DNA of 32,000 nucleotides from Ignicoccus hospitalis KIN4/I (GCF_000017945.1 NC_009776.1:150001-182000), one strand, 5' to 3'; counted from the first letter of the stretch, positions 17,936 through 26,950 are shown. The notes: generated by a model from the sequence alone, not told the origin. Numbers and translations: made by a program.

Positions 17936-19355
17936 GAGGTCGCCGACGCTCGCTTGGGGCCTTCTGTTGTCTTTGGTAGTGTCCTCTCTCGCGTTTTTCC
18001 TAGCTTCGCTGACCAGCTTGACATACCCTTACTTCGACGACTACGTGGCCTTGTCGTTCGTAATAGCGGCCGCTTACGCCTATGCTGCCTCCAGGCTTGT
18101 TAAGTATGCAATCGCCGTAACCAACCCGGCCATAATGATAAAGGCATTAGTCTTGTTCTGGTTCTTAACTCCTTTCCTCGTTGCGTTGCCCTTCTCTTAT
18201 ATTACCGGGCTCGGGCTGATAGACTCCTATTTCGAGATGGTGAGCGGATTCACGGGTACTGGGTTAACCGTCCTCAACCCGTCGGCGGAAACTCCTTTCG
18301 TGAACGCCCTTCGCGCCTCCAGCCAGTGGGCGGGCGAGGTCGGTGCACTCTTCTTAACCTTGATACTCGCCATAGTCTTCCACGTATCTCCGACCGGTAT
18401 AGTCTCGGCGCTCGGGAAGGGCGAGAGGGTAAGGCCTAGCATGTATAACACCCTAATAGATTTGATATTGATTTACCTAGTCCTGACAATCATTCCGATA
18501 GTTTACATGAAGTTGGTGGGGATGAGCTTATACGACGCGATAGTTTACACATTCGCCGCGCTGGCCACTGGAGGCTTCGCGCCCACTGCCGGCGGTACGG
18601 CGGACTTGCCGTTCGTCCAGCAGCTGGCCGTCATACTGACGTGCGTACTAGGCGCGGTCAACTTTTCCGTATACTTGAATTTGAGGTACAACAAAGTTAG
18701 GAACGCTCTCAAACACCCAGAGCTGAGGCTCTTAATCGCTTCGATACTCTTCTACGCACTGTTGTTGCTGTTCGTCTGGAAGAGGTTCGACGCGGAGCAC
18801 TTGTGGAGCGCCCTGTTCCACTCAGCTAGCGCAGTCACGACTTCGGGCTTCCAGATACAAGACGTCAGCAAGTTCGGCGAATCGTCGAAGTATATAATTA
18901 CAGTAGCGATGATTGTGGGGGCCTCGGCCTTCTCGACGGGGGGCGGTGTAAAGCTCTATAGAGCTTACGTGTTGGGCAAGTCTATAATGAAACAAATAAA
19001 ATCTTTAGGTACGCCGAGGGGATACGTGAGCACAGTAACTGTCATGGGAAAGGAGATAACCTCCGAGGAGCTAACAACTATGTTAACTGTTGTTGCGACC
19101 TACTTGTTTACAATGTTTGCGCTAGCTTTGGTGCTGACGGAACAGCTGAGCGCACACAAGGTGAAGGTTCCGAGCATAGACGTGATATTCGAGGTGGCCT
19201 CAGCGATGTCTGGAACGGGCTTGAGCTCCGGGCTAACGGCAATTGCGCCGCCCGACGTAAAAATAACCTTGTCCATAGCGATGATATTGGGGAAGCTCGA
19301 GGTACTACCGTTCCTCTTCTTCTTGTACGACAGTCTACGTTCGTTGAAGAAGTAG
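17841..19355 (+). CDS. TrkH-family potassium/cation uptake membrane protein (start uncertain, likely about 17925-17960)
   Basis: FEMVSGFTGTGLTVLNP, FSTGGGVKLYRAYVLGK, ATGGFAPTAGG, SAMSGTGLSSGLTA: repeated selectivity-filter-like loops between TM segments. Confidence 0.85.
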   Translation: MCRDTFTSPRRRCPRYCLMRSPTYRGSEGLLKRSPTLAWGLLLSLVVSSLAFFLASLTSLTYPYFDDYVALSFVIAAAYAYAASRLVKYAIAVTNPAIMIKALVLFWFLTPFLVALPFSYITGLGLIDSYFEMVSGFTGTGLTVLNPSAETPFVNALRASSQWAGEVGALFLTLILAIVFHVSPTGIVSALGKGERVRPSMYNTLIDLILIYLVLTIIPIVYMKLVGMSLYDAIVYTFAALATGGFAPTAGGTADLPFVQQLAVILTCVLGAVNFSVYLNLRYNKVRNALKHPELRLLIASILFYALLLLFVWKRFDAEHLWSALFHSASAVTTSGFQIQDVSKFGESSKYIITVAMIVGASAFSTGGGVKLYRAYVLGKSIMKQIKSLGTPRGYVSTVTVMGKEITSEELTTMLTVVATYLFTMFALALVLTEQLSAHKVKVPSIDVIFEVASAMSGTGLSSGLTAIAPPDVKITLSIAMILGKLEVLPFLFFLYDSLRSLKK

Positions 19356-19490
19356 GGATTCAACCTTCCTTACGGCCTCGTCTTCATTGTGGGCGGACAC
19401 GTTAAACTTTATGTTAGTACCCTTTAACCTTATCACGAACCTCTTCTCTGCAAAGAGCTCGTAGCTTTCGAGGACCTCGAGCTCCCACAA
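19335..19490 (-). CDS. Small ORF, 51 aa (MWELEVLESYELFAEKRFVIRLKGTNIKFNVSAHNEDEAVRKVESLLLQRT), absent from the supplied track
   Basis: TTG start on the minus strand, 9 nt from a TSS inferred from a catatattaa TATA-like box at 19521-19530. Amphipathic, protein-like composition. Overlaps the 3' end of the TrkH gene by 21 bp. Confidence 0.5.
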   Translation of the reverse strand: MWELEVLESYELFAEKRFVIRLKGTNIKFNVSAHNEDEAVRKVESLLLQRT

Positions 19491-19563
19491 AGCTCTCGTG
19501 GAGAGATACGACCTTTCACCTTAATATATGTTTGTAAGGCGTGGGTCGTGGTGGCCGGGGTTT

Positions 19564-19708
19564 TGGTCCCGCCGCGGGGATTCGAACCCCGGACCACCCG
19601 GTGTCTGGGCCGGCGCCCCCTCATCCCGCGGGCCTAAGGGCCCTTCGGGTCCGGGGGCGGGCCTGGAGGGCCCTACAGCCGGGCGCTCTTCCGCTGAGCT
19701 ACGGCGGG
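19564..19708 (-). tRNA. tRNA-Tyr (GTA) with a 70-nt intron
   Basis: Minus strand: CCCGCCGTAGCTCAGCGGAAGAGCGCCCGGCTGTAG / intron / ACCGGGTGGTCCGGGGTTCGAATCCCCGCGGCGGGACCA. C1-G72 is the archaeal Tyr identity pair. The intron at 37/38 spans 19603..19672. Confidence 0.93.
19603..19672 (-). other. Archaeal tRNA intron (canonical position 37/38)
   Basis: Removing 19603..19672 restores a 7-nt anticodon loop CTGTAGA flanked by CCCGG/CCGGG. Confidence 0.85.
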
Positions 19709-19799
19709 CTGCCGCCGAGATGGCGTTGGTAAGCCGGTTAATAAGTTTTTGGCACTGTAGAATTAAAGTTCTGCTGAAGCACCCCACGGGGAGCGCGAC

Positions 19800-20174
19800 G
19801 TGGGGAGGGTGAACAAGCCTCTCAGCGCCATAGAGAAGAGGCAGATGAAGCAACTGCTAAGGGAACTGCGCCAAAAGATGATTGAAGAGAGGAAGGAAAA
19901 GAGGGGCGTGACCCTTCGAGTGGTAGCGGAGGCCAATGTCGTTGACCAGGCTCAGAAGGCGATCAGAGGGATGAAGTACGTCACTCCCACTATACTCGCG
20001 GAGAAGATGGGCATCAGCGTAGGGCTGGCCAAGAGAGTGCTGAGGGACTTAGAGACCAGAGGCGTGCTCAAGCTCTACGCTAAGAACAGGAGGGTGCAAG
20101 TTTACGTCCCCAGCGACAAGTTCGAACAGCTGGTCAAGCCGGGCGCATACAGCTACACAGTAAAGGAGATGTGA
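19800..20174 (+). CDS. rps25e: 30S ribosomal protein S25e (N-terminally extended)
   Basis: VTPTILAEKMGISVGLAKRVLRDLETRGVLKLYAKNRRVQVYV. Confidence 0.88.
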   Translation: MGRVNKPLSAIEKRQMKQLLRELRQKMIEERKEKRGVTLRVVAEANVVDQAQKAIRGMKYVTPTILAEKMGISVGLAKRVLRDLETRGVLKLYAKNRRVQVYVPSDKFEQLVKPGAYSYTVKEM

Positions 20175-20986
20175 TCCCCACTCCGATGAGGTCCCTCGAT
20201 CCCCCTGATTTTTATGATGAAGATTACGCGTCCCGAGGTGTAACGAACATGATGGTTCCAGTGGACTTCTGGGAGACCTCGAGGCCCAAGCCGGGCTTCA
20301 AGACCGTAGTGGGTTTCGTGGACGTAGGCTTGGTGGGCCTTATAGCAACCAAACACATGATCGAAGAGCTGGGGTTAGAGCCGATAGGCGGCATAGACGC
20401 CCCATCGGAGCTTCCCCTAACCCCTATAAGGGACGGTGTCGTCCAGTACCCGATAGGCCTCTACTACAAGCACCCTTGGTTAGTCATATCGCCGGAAGTG
20501 CCCTTGCCCGCCACCTTGATTTATCCGATAGCGTCCGCAATACTGGACTACGTCGAGAGGAGGGGCACTTCAGAGATAATATCGCTAACTGGTTTGGCGA
20601 GCCTCCAAAGAATAAAGAAGGAGCCCAGCACCTTTTGGATAGTCAACGATCCGGACCTCTTCGAAGAGGAAACGATGAGGAAGATCGCTAGGGTGGGCGA
20701 GCCTCTGAAGGACGGCGTGCTCTACGGGCCGACCGCGGTCTTGTTGAAGCTGGCCAGGGGCAGGGGGATACCCGGGGTGACGGTACTGGCCGAAGCTTTC
20801 CCGGACTTCCCCGACCCCGGCGCGGCGGCGAAGGTGTTAGACGCGTTGTCCAAAATATACGACGTCGAGATAAACACTCAGAAACTGATCGAAGATTCGG
20901 AAAGGATAAAGGCACGGCTCCAAGAGATGGCCAACAGAGCTAAAGAGGTAATTCAAGAGCGTCCCCGTTCGATGATGTATGCTTGA
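20171..20986 (+). CDS. PAC2 (proteasome assembly chaperone) family protein
   Basis: GFVDVGLVGLIATKHMIEELGLEPIGGIDA, FPDFPDPGAAAKVLDALSKI are typical of archaeal PAC2-like ATP-grasp-superfamily proteins. Confidence 0.85.
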   Translation: MIPTPMRSLDPPDFYDEDYASRGVTNMMVPVDFWETSRPKPGFKTVVGFVDVGLVGLIATKHMIEELGLEPIGGIDAPSELPLTPIRDGVVQYPIGLYYKHPWLVISPEVPLPATLIYPIASAILDYVERRGTSEIISLTGLASLQRIKKEPSTFWIVNDPDLFEEETMRKIARVGEPLKDGVLYGPTAVLLKLARGRGIPGVTVLAEAFPDFPDPGAAAKVLDALSKIYDVEINTQKLIEDSERIKARLQEMANRAKEVIQERPRSMMYA

Positions 20987-21306
20987 GGGTGGGAGCTTTG
21001 GTGCGCGTATCCCCAAACGGCAAGGCGGAGCCCCTCCACACGGTCTTCGACCTCCCGGACAGGGTGGAGATACTAATAGATTTGCCCCTAGCCGACGAGA
21101 AGAGCCTAACCGTCAGTTTGTATCAAAAGACGTTGAAAGTTAGAGCCAAATTGAGGGAGAAGATCTTGATAGGCGGGTACGAGGTGGAGGAGTACGTTAA
21201 GATAATGAAGATACCGGAGGACGTGGACGAGGAGTACGAGCTGGAAATAGTTAACAGAGAGGGGCCCATAGTAGTAATAGTGTTTCCTAAGGCAGCCAGA
21301 CCGTGA
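20983..21306 (+). CDS. Small protein with CS/Hsp20-like beta-sandwich character
   Basis: LPDRVEILIDLPLADEKSLTVSLYQKTLKVRAKL...GGYEVEEYVKIMKIPEDVD resembles an Hsp20/CS strand pattern. Coupled to PAC2 by a 4-bp overlap. Confidence 0.5.
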   Translation: MRVGALVRVSPNGKAEPLHTVFDLPDRVEILIDLPLADEKSLTVSLYQKTLKVRAKLREKILIGGYEVEEYVKIMKIPEDVDEEYELEIVNREGPIVVIVFPKAARP

Positions 21307-21345
21307 AATACCCCCTTTCCAAAGCCCTACCACGGGTCCCAAGTT

Positions 21346-24051
21346 TTGGAAAACGAGTACCGACTGAGGTTCTTTGAAGAGGAGGGGCTAAAGAGGAAGA
21401 GGTGTAAGGTCTGCGGTTCTTACTTCTGGACCAAGGGCGAGCACGAGGTCTGCGGGGACTCCCCGTGTCAAGAGTACGAGTTCTTCGACGTGCCGACCAA
21501 GGTTAAGTTGAGCCTAAGGGACGCGAAGAGGGAATTCATAAAGTTCTTCGAGGAGAAGGGTCACGTCCCGGTGGAGCCCAGGCCGGTCGTGGCCCGGTGG
21601 AGGGACGACCTCTTCCTAACTATAGCTAGCATAGTGGTGTTCCAACCCCACGTGACCAAGGGCTTGGTCCCCCCTCCCGCCAACCCCCTAGTGATAGTCC
21701 AACCTTGTATTAGGTTGGAGGACATAGATAACGTCGGTTTGACCTTGGGTAGGCACATGACGGGCTTCCACATGGGAGGACACCACGCCTTCAACTACCC
21801 CGACAACTGGGTCTACTGGAAGGAGGAGACCGTCAAGCTCGCCTACGAGTTCTTCACCGAGAGGATAGGCATTCCCGAGGAGCTGCTGAACTTCAAGGAG
21901 AGCTGGTGGGAGGGAGGGGGCAACGCGGGCCCCTCCTTCGAGGTCACGGTCGCCGGCTTGGAGCTTGCAACGCTCGTCTTCATGCAGTATGACGTGGTAG
22001 AGGAGAACGGGCAGAAGAAGTACGTTCCTATGAAGCTTAAGGTGGTAGACACTGGCTATGGAATAGAGAGGATAGCGTGGTTCACCCAGAAGACTCCCAC
22101 GGCCTTCCACGCGGTTTACGGGGAGCTGCTGCACGAGTTCCACAAGAGGTTGGGCGTCGAGGAGCCGCCGGACGAGCTCCTGTACGAGCTAGTTAGGAGC
22201 GCGGGGCTCATGGACCCGGAAAGACCCGAGACCCTAGAACGGGTTTACAAGAGGGCCTCCGAGAAGTTAGGCATGAGAGTGGACGAAATAAGGGAGATTC
22301 ACTCGAGGGCCTCCTTAGTGTACCAAGTGTTGGACCACACGAGGACCCTCATGTGGATGCTCGCCGACGGCATAGTGCCCTCCAACGTCGGGGAGGGCTA
22401 CTTAGCTAGGTTGGTGATAAGGAGGACCTTAAGGGCTCTAAAGAAGCTCAAGGCCGACGTACCGCTCTCGGAGCTCCTCGAGTTGCAGATAAACTACTGG
22501 AAAGACGACTACCCGAGGGCTTGGAAGAACAAGGACTACATATTGGACGTCGTAGAGTTCGAACAGAAGAAGTTCGAAGAGACGTTGAAGAAAGGCAGAA
22601 ACATAGTAATAAGATTGATAAAGAAGAAGAAGCAGATCACTTTGGACGACTTGGTAGAACTCTACGACAGCCACGGCATACCTCCCGATATAGTATCTGA
22701 AATTGCCAAGGAAATGGGCGTAAGGGTTGAAGTACCCCACAACTTCTATTCGATAGTTGCCAGCCGCCACCAGAAGACGGTACACAAGGTGAAGGGCGCG
22801 GAGGAGAAGGGCAAGCTGCCTCCGGAAATAATCGAGTGGGCCAAGGGGTTCCCCCCTACGCGTCGGCTCTTCCACGAGGACCCCTACATGAAGGAGTTCG
22901 ACGCACAAGTGATAGGGTCTAATAGAAACTACGTCATCTTGGACAAGACTGCCTTCTACCCCGAAGGGGGAGGCCAAGCGGCGGACACCGGAGTCATCGC
23001 GAGCGGGGATGAGAGCTACAGAGTGGTGGACGTCCAGAAGGTCGGCGACGTGATAGTGCACGTGCTCGACAGAGATTACTCCGGAGGCAAGGTCGTGGTC
23101 GGGAGGATAGACTGGGAGAGGAGGTACAGGTTGATGAGGCACCACACCGGCACACACCTCCTCCTAGGGGCCTTGAGGAAGGTCTTGGGTGACCACGTCT
23201 GGCAAGCCGGCGCTGAGAAGACGCCGGAGAAGGCGAGGTTTGACTTCACTCACCACAAGCCCTTGACCCGCGAGGAGGTGCGGAAGATTGAGGAGGTGGC
23301 AAACAAGGTGATTGACGAAAGAAGGAAGATAAGGGCATTCACGCTTCCGAGGAACGAAGCCGAAGCAAGATATTGGTTCTCAATATATCAGGGAGGTGTC
23401 CCAATGAGTAAGGACATAAGGTTAGTAGAGATAGAAGGGTGGGACGTGGAGGCGTGCTTCGGCACCCACCTAAGCAACACGGGCGAGGTGGGTTCTCTGA
23501 AGATAATATCGACTAGGAAGATCCAAGACGGAGTGGTCAGGGTGGAGTTCGTCGCGGGGACCAGGGTAGCGGAGGAGGCGGCCAAGATGGAGGACCTAAT
23601 ACGCGAGGCCTCGGAGAAGCTCTCCACCAACCCGGAGATGTTGGTAAAGAGGATAGACGCGCTCCAAAAGGAGCTGGAGAACGTAAAGAAGACGGTAGCC
23701 GAGTACCGTAAGAGGCTGGTCTCCGAATACTTGAAGGCGGCGAAGGCGCTCGACGGCATCAAGTACGTCAAACTCGACTTGAGGGACCCGGAGCTAGTCC
23801 AAGAGGTCCTGCGGGCCCTAAGCTCCGACTCCCCGGCCGCGGTTATAGTCGACGGGAGGGTCGAGCTGGCGGCCCCCAAGGGGGTCGACGTCGGCAAGGC
23901 GGTCAGAGAGGTGGTTCGGGAAGTGGGCTGCAAGGGAGGGGGCAAGGGCAACAGGGCTACTGTGGTTTGTGAGAGCGAGGAGAAGGTAGTAGAGCTCTTG
24001 TCTAAGCTCGCGGCCAAGCTTACAAGTCAGCCCTCCGGGCGGAGGGGTTAA
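21346..24051 (+). CDS. alaS: Alanyl-tRNA synthetase (archaeal type)
   Basis: FFEEKGHVPVEPRPVVARWRDDLFLTIASIVVFQPHV, HHTGTHLLLGALRKVLGDHVWQAG (HxxxH), CFGTHLSNTGEVG. Confidence 0.97.
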   Translation: MENEYRLRFFEEEGLKRKRCKVCGSYFWTKGEHEVCGDSPCQEYEFFDVPTKVKLSLRDAKREFIKFFEEKGHVPVEPRPVVARWRDDLFLTIASIVVFQPHVTKGLVPPPANPLVIVQPCIRLEDIDNVGLTLGRHMTGFHMGGHHAFNYPDNWVYWKEETVKLAYEFFTERIGIPEELLNFKESWWEGGGNAGPSFEVTVAGLELATLVFMQYDVVEENGQKKYVPMKLKVVDTGYGIERIAWFTQKTPTAFHAVYGELLHEFHKRLGVEEPPDELLYELVRSAGLMDPERPETLERVYKRASEKLGMRVDEIREIHSRASLVYQVLDHTRTLMWMLADGIVPSNVGEGYLARLVIRRTLRALKKLKADVPLSELLELQINYWKDDYPRAWKNKDYILDVVEFEQKKFEETLKKGRNIVIRLIKKKKQITLDDLVELYDSHGIPPDIVSEIAKEMGVRVEVPHNFYSIVASRHQKTVHKVKGAEEKGKLPPEIIEWAKGFPPTRRLFHEDPYMKEFDAQVIGSNRNYVILDKTAFYPEGGGQAADTGVIASGDESYRVVDVQKVGDVIVHVLDRDYSGGKVVVGRIDWERRYRLMRHHTGTHLLLGALRKVLGDHVWQAGAEKTPEKARFDFTHHKPLTREEVRKIEEVANKVIDERRKIRAFTLPRNEAEARYWFSIYQGGVPMSKDIRLVEIEGWDVEACFGTHLSNTGEVGSLKIISTRKIQDGVVRVEFVAGTRVAEEAAKMEDLIREASEKLSTNPEMLVKRIDALQKELENVKKTVAEYRKRLVSEYLKAAKALDGIKYVKLDLRDPELVQEVLRALSSDSPAAVIVDGRVELAAPKGVDVGKAVREVVREVGCKGGGKGNRATVVCESEEKVVELLSKLAAKLTSQPSGRRG

Positions 24052-24397
24052 GCCCGGGCCCTCCCCGAGACCGGAGCCCCCGCGGCGCCCCCGCGGGGGT
24101 CAGCGCCGCCCGCGCTCCCCCCGTTCTCCCGCGAACGCGCCGCGGCCGGGGTTAGGCTGCTCCCTTCCGGGCCTGACCTGGTTCCCCCGGTTAAGGCGGT
24201 TGACCTCCGCCCTTCGGCGGAGGCTCCGCCACCGCGGGCCCCGCGGGGCGAGGGCCATTGCGCGGACGACGCCCCCCACGGGACCGCGGGGAGCCTCGGG
24301 GAGTTACTGGCCCCCGCCTTTCGCCCAATTCGGGCCCCTTACGGGGGGAGGGGGGCGAGCCCTCCGGCCCTACCCCGGTTGGCCCCCCTCCGCCTCG
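24036..24397 (-). ncRNA. ffs: SRP (7S) RNA; ends approximate
   Basis: Minus strand contains the helix 8 core CCAGGTCAGGCCCGGAAGGGAGCAGCCTAAC (24151-24180) and a helix 6-like hairpin CCTCCGCC-GAAG-GGCGGAGG (24204-24223, GNAR tetraloop). Terminal helix 1 is GGCGGAGGGG (24394-24385) with CCCCTCCGCC (24047-24038). Helix 5 segments are CTCCCCGAG/CTCGGGGAG, and there is an Alu-like CCCCGTAAGGGG. TATA-like cataaaa lies about 25 nt upstream of the inferred 5' end. Confidence 0.94.
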
Positions 24398-24421
24398 CGG
24401 AAGAGGAGCAGCATGGGGGTT

Positions 24422-25888
24422 TTATGAGCACGGGCTCCCGAGGGGGAGCTGTGGGACTTCCGAGGGCTTTAGGACTCCTGGGGGCTCTTGGGTGGATATG
24501 GTGTTCGCGAAGCTCGTGGGGCTCTGCGGGTCTAGCAACGACTTATAGGTATTTATTGTTATCCTCAACGCCTCCACTAGCGACACCGGGGGTACATAGC
24601 TGCAAGCGATGCCGTTTGCGGCCGCCCACGCCTCTACGTCTTGGCCGCTGATTTGCCTAAACTTGGACGCTAGTGCCTTTAAGTACGCCTTTTGTGACTT
24701 CTCTATCAGCGGCAAGTAATATTTCATACAGTTAATTGCCTTCGTGGTCCCGTCCAAGACGTTGTAGAAGGCGTTGACGACGTTTGATAAGAAGCTTCTA
24801 AGCTGGACGGGGTCCCTCAAGTCGTAGTTGTTCAAGTTTTGGGCTTGGCCCCCGGGGCTCGCGAGCTGAAGGCACGCTTGTAGGGTAGAGGGCACCCTTC
24901 CGGCGAACGCCCCCAGCAAGGGGGCCAGTAAGTCTTCACCCAAGGTGTTCAAGATACTGATCAAGACGTTTTTGGAGTTGATAAGTAAGGCTTCGTACCT
25001 CCACACGTTGTTTATGTAATAATTATAGACGTTTACGTAACCGTTCCAAGAGTTGAGCATCAAGCCGTGAATTTGGATACTGTTTATGGGGCAAGGGGCC
25101 CCCAATCCAAAAGAGTAGACGTTCGTGTAGAATGGGTCGTTAAAGCTTAAGTAGTACTTCCTAGCCACGGTGTAGTTCTGGGGGTTGCCTACAACTGCGC
25201 AGAGGATGAAGGTGTTGTTGGGGAAGTCTGTAGCACACGCGGTCAGGGAGAGCCAAGCCCTCTCGGGGGGAGGCTCTATGGCGGTAACGTTCACGTTGTT
25301 CCTGACGAATCCTAATAAGTTCCTCGAGGTGCCCACTTCCAAGTAGACGTCTACGCCCTTCGGGTGGAGGATCGAGGCCAGTTCAGACAGCAGCTGCATG
25401 GTCTCCAAAGCTTCGTACTTCTGCAAGTGAAGCCCGGCCTCCGTGACTAGGTTGTTTATCTGTTGGGAGTACGCGTTCAACAGCTTAGCCCTCGCCGAGC
25501 CCGGGTAGGTGGCCTCGACTAACGCGCCGGCGGCCCTCAGCGCCGAGCTCAGCCCCCGCGCCTGGATGAGTAAGTTGGTTACGTAGTTTCTGAAAGCAGA
25601 ATAATTGGTTACGTAGTTATCGCTCCACGAGACGATTTCTTCGTACAGCCTGCCCCCCGGCTTGAGTAAGGCCACCAACTCCTCGAAGTCGGGACTTATG
25701 TTTGTGATGGCAGACCCTATGTTGCTCACGGAGTAGCTCAAGGCCTCGAGGGCTATTTTGGACTTGCAGTAGGCTTGAGCAAGTCTAGTCAAGAGCGCTT
25801 GGGTGCTCCTCTCCTTGACCGACTCTACTATGGGGTTCTGTGCGACGAGAAGCGCGGAGAGGAGCAGCGCCACGAACGCGACTCTCAC
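24422..25888 (-). CDS. Large secreted/exported orphan protein (488 aa), Asn/Tyr/Leu-rich
   Basis: Signal-peptide-like MRVAFVALLLSALLVAQNP. Many Asn-X-Ser/Thr sequons. Several Cys. No domain recognised. Confidence 0.75.
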   Translation of the reverse strand: MRVAFVALLLSALLVAQNPIVESVKERSTQALLTRLAQAYCKSKIALEALSYSVSNIGSAITNISPDFEELVALLKPGGRLYEEIVSWSDNYVTNYSAFRNYVTNLLIQARGLSSALRAAGALVEATYPGSARAKLLNAYSQQINNLVTEAGLHLQKYEALETMQLLSELASILHPKGVDVYLEVGTSRNLLGFVRNNVNVTAIEPPPERAWLSLTACATDFPNNTFILCAVVGNPQNYTVARKYYLSFNDPFYTNVYSFGLGAPCPINSIQIHGLMLNSWNGYVNVYNYYINNVWRYEALLINSKNVLISILNTLGEDLLAPLLGAFAGRVPSTLQACLQLASPGGQAQNLNNYDLRDPVQLRSFLSNVVNAFYNVLDGTTKAINCMKYYLPLIEKSQKAYLKALASKFRQISGQDVEAWAAANGIACSYVPPVSLVEALRITINTYKSLLDPQSPTSFANTISTQEPPGVLKPSEVPQLPLGSPCS

Positions 25889-25915
25889 GTCTTAATCACT
25901 CCGCCGGAGCGTTCC

Positions 25916-26950
25916 TTGTGGGAGTTAATTGCCTTGAGGTTCGTAGAAAGGGTCCTCACTGAGGTTAGAGAGCCCATCCCCCTCGTCGGCAGCATAGCCT
26001 TCGGAATAATAGACAGAGGAACGAACGTCTTACAAGTGAGGATAACCACGGTTTGTTCTATGTGCTGTAAGTTCTGCAGCGTCGACGCGGGTCCTTGCTC
26101 GAAGAGCAGGTGGGCGGACTTCGTAGTGACGGACCTCGAGTGGTTAAGGGCTTGGGTTAACGACGTCGTCAAGTTCAAGGGGGTCCCGGTAGAGGTCTTG
26201 CTGGACGGCGTGGGCGACCCCCTCGAGCACCCGAACGTGGTTGGAGTGGTGAGGACCCTTAAGTCCATTGAAGGCGTGGCCAGCGTTGCCTTGGAGACCC
26301 ATGGCTTAAAGTTAAACGAAGACTTGGCTTTCTCCTTGGCCGAGGCCGGGCTCGATAGGATAAACTTGAGTATTGAAACTCTAGACGAAGCTAAGGCTAA
26401 GGAACTGGCAGGGAGGCCCGACTACGACGTTAGAAGGGTTAAGGAAGTAATCGAAAAGGTGTTCAGAGAAACTCAAGTAGACATTCACGTCACCCCGGTT
26501 CTCTTGCCCGGCATAAATGACGAAGATATAAAGGAAATAATAAAGTGGGTAAAGGAAGTGGGTTTTGGAAAGAGGTGGCCACCAATCACCATTCAAAAAT
26601 ACGTAAGACACAAAAGAGGGAGAAAAATGAAGGGGATTAAAGAGATGACGTGGGAGGAGTTCTGGAACTACGTATCGAAGCTAGAAAAGGAGACCGGTGC
26701 GAGGTTGAGGTGGACCATGGAGGAGTGGGGCATGATGAGGGCTAGGAAACTTCCAGAGCTCTACAAAAGGGGGGAAGTCGTCAAGGTAGAGATAGTGTCG
26801 AGGGGGCTGTTTAGGGACGAGTGGTTGGGCGTGCCGGTGGGGAGGAGGGACGTGGTCATGACTGTCGTCAACGCTGACGTAGACGTGGGGAGGAGGATCA
26901 AGGTAAAGGTGAGACAGAACAAGGACAACATCTATTTGGCCTCGCCGTAG
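25916..26950 (+). CDS. Radical SAM protein (archaeal predicted Fe-S oxidoreductase)
   Basis: CSMCCKFCS = CX3CX2C motif. EVLLDGVGDPLEHPN (GGE-like region), LSIETLDEAKAKELAG. A C-terminal basic beta-rich segment is possibly TRAM/OB-like. TTG at 25916 is a plausible start. Confidence 0.85.
   Translation: MWELIALRFVERVLTEVREPIPLVGSIAFGIIDRGTNVLQVRITTVCSMCCKFCSVDAGPCSKSRWADFVVTDLEWLRAWVNDVVKFKGVPVEVLLDGVGDPLEHPNVVGVVRTLKSIEGVASVALETHGLKLNEDLAFSLAEAGLDRINLSIETLDEAKAKELAGRPDYDVRRVKEVIEKVFRETQVDIHVTPVLLPGINDEDIKEIIKWVKEVGFGKRWPPITIQKYVRHKRGRKMKGIKEMTWEEFWNYVSKLEKETGARLRWTMEEWGMMRARKLPELYKRGEVVKVEIVSRGLFRDEWLGVPVGRRDVVMTVVNADVDVGRRIKVKVRQNKDNIYLASP

Noticed and set aside
19433-19853. Short ORFs over the tRNA-Tyr gene (19433..19624, 19521..19853, 19528..19812, 19541..19732)
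   Set aside because: All run through the tRNA-Tyr sequence (for example AGIRTPDHP-type translations) and are classic tRNA-derived false ORFs.
20210-20270. TGATGA...ATGATGG strings resembling C boxes
   Set aside because: They are inside the conserved PAC2 coding sequence (FYDEDYASRGVTNMMVPV) with no matching D boxes at the correct spacing.
21561-24017. Long minus-strand ORFs opposite alaS (21688..22143, 22438..23157, 23388..24017)
   Set aside because: Shadow ORFs opposite a strongly conserved alaS coding sequence, with low-complexity His/Leu/Ser/Arg compositions.
24036-24397. RNase P RNA as an alternative identity for the GC-rich structured region
   Set aside because: The helix 8 core GTCAGGCCCGGAAGGGAGCAGCC and the helix 6 GNAR hairpin are SRP-specific, and RNase P conserved regions (GAGGAAAGUCC, ACAGAAA) are absent.
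24200-24651. Plus-strand ORFs 24200..24427, 24258..24548 and 24379..24651
   Set aside because: They lie over the SRP RNA and antisense to the secreted-protein gene. Pro/Gly/Arg-rich translations are typical of GC-rich noncoding sequence.
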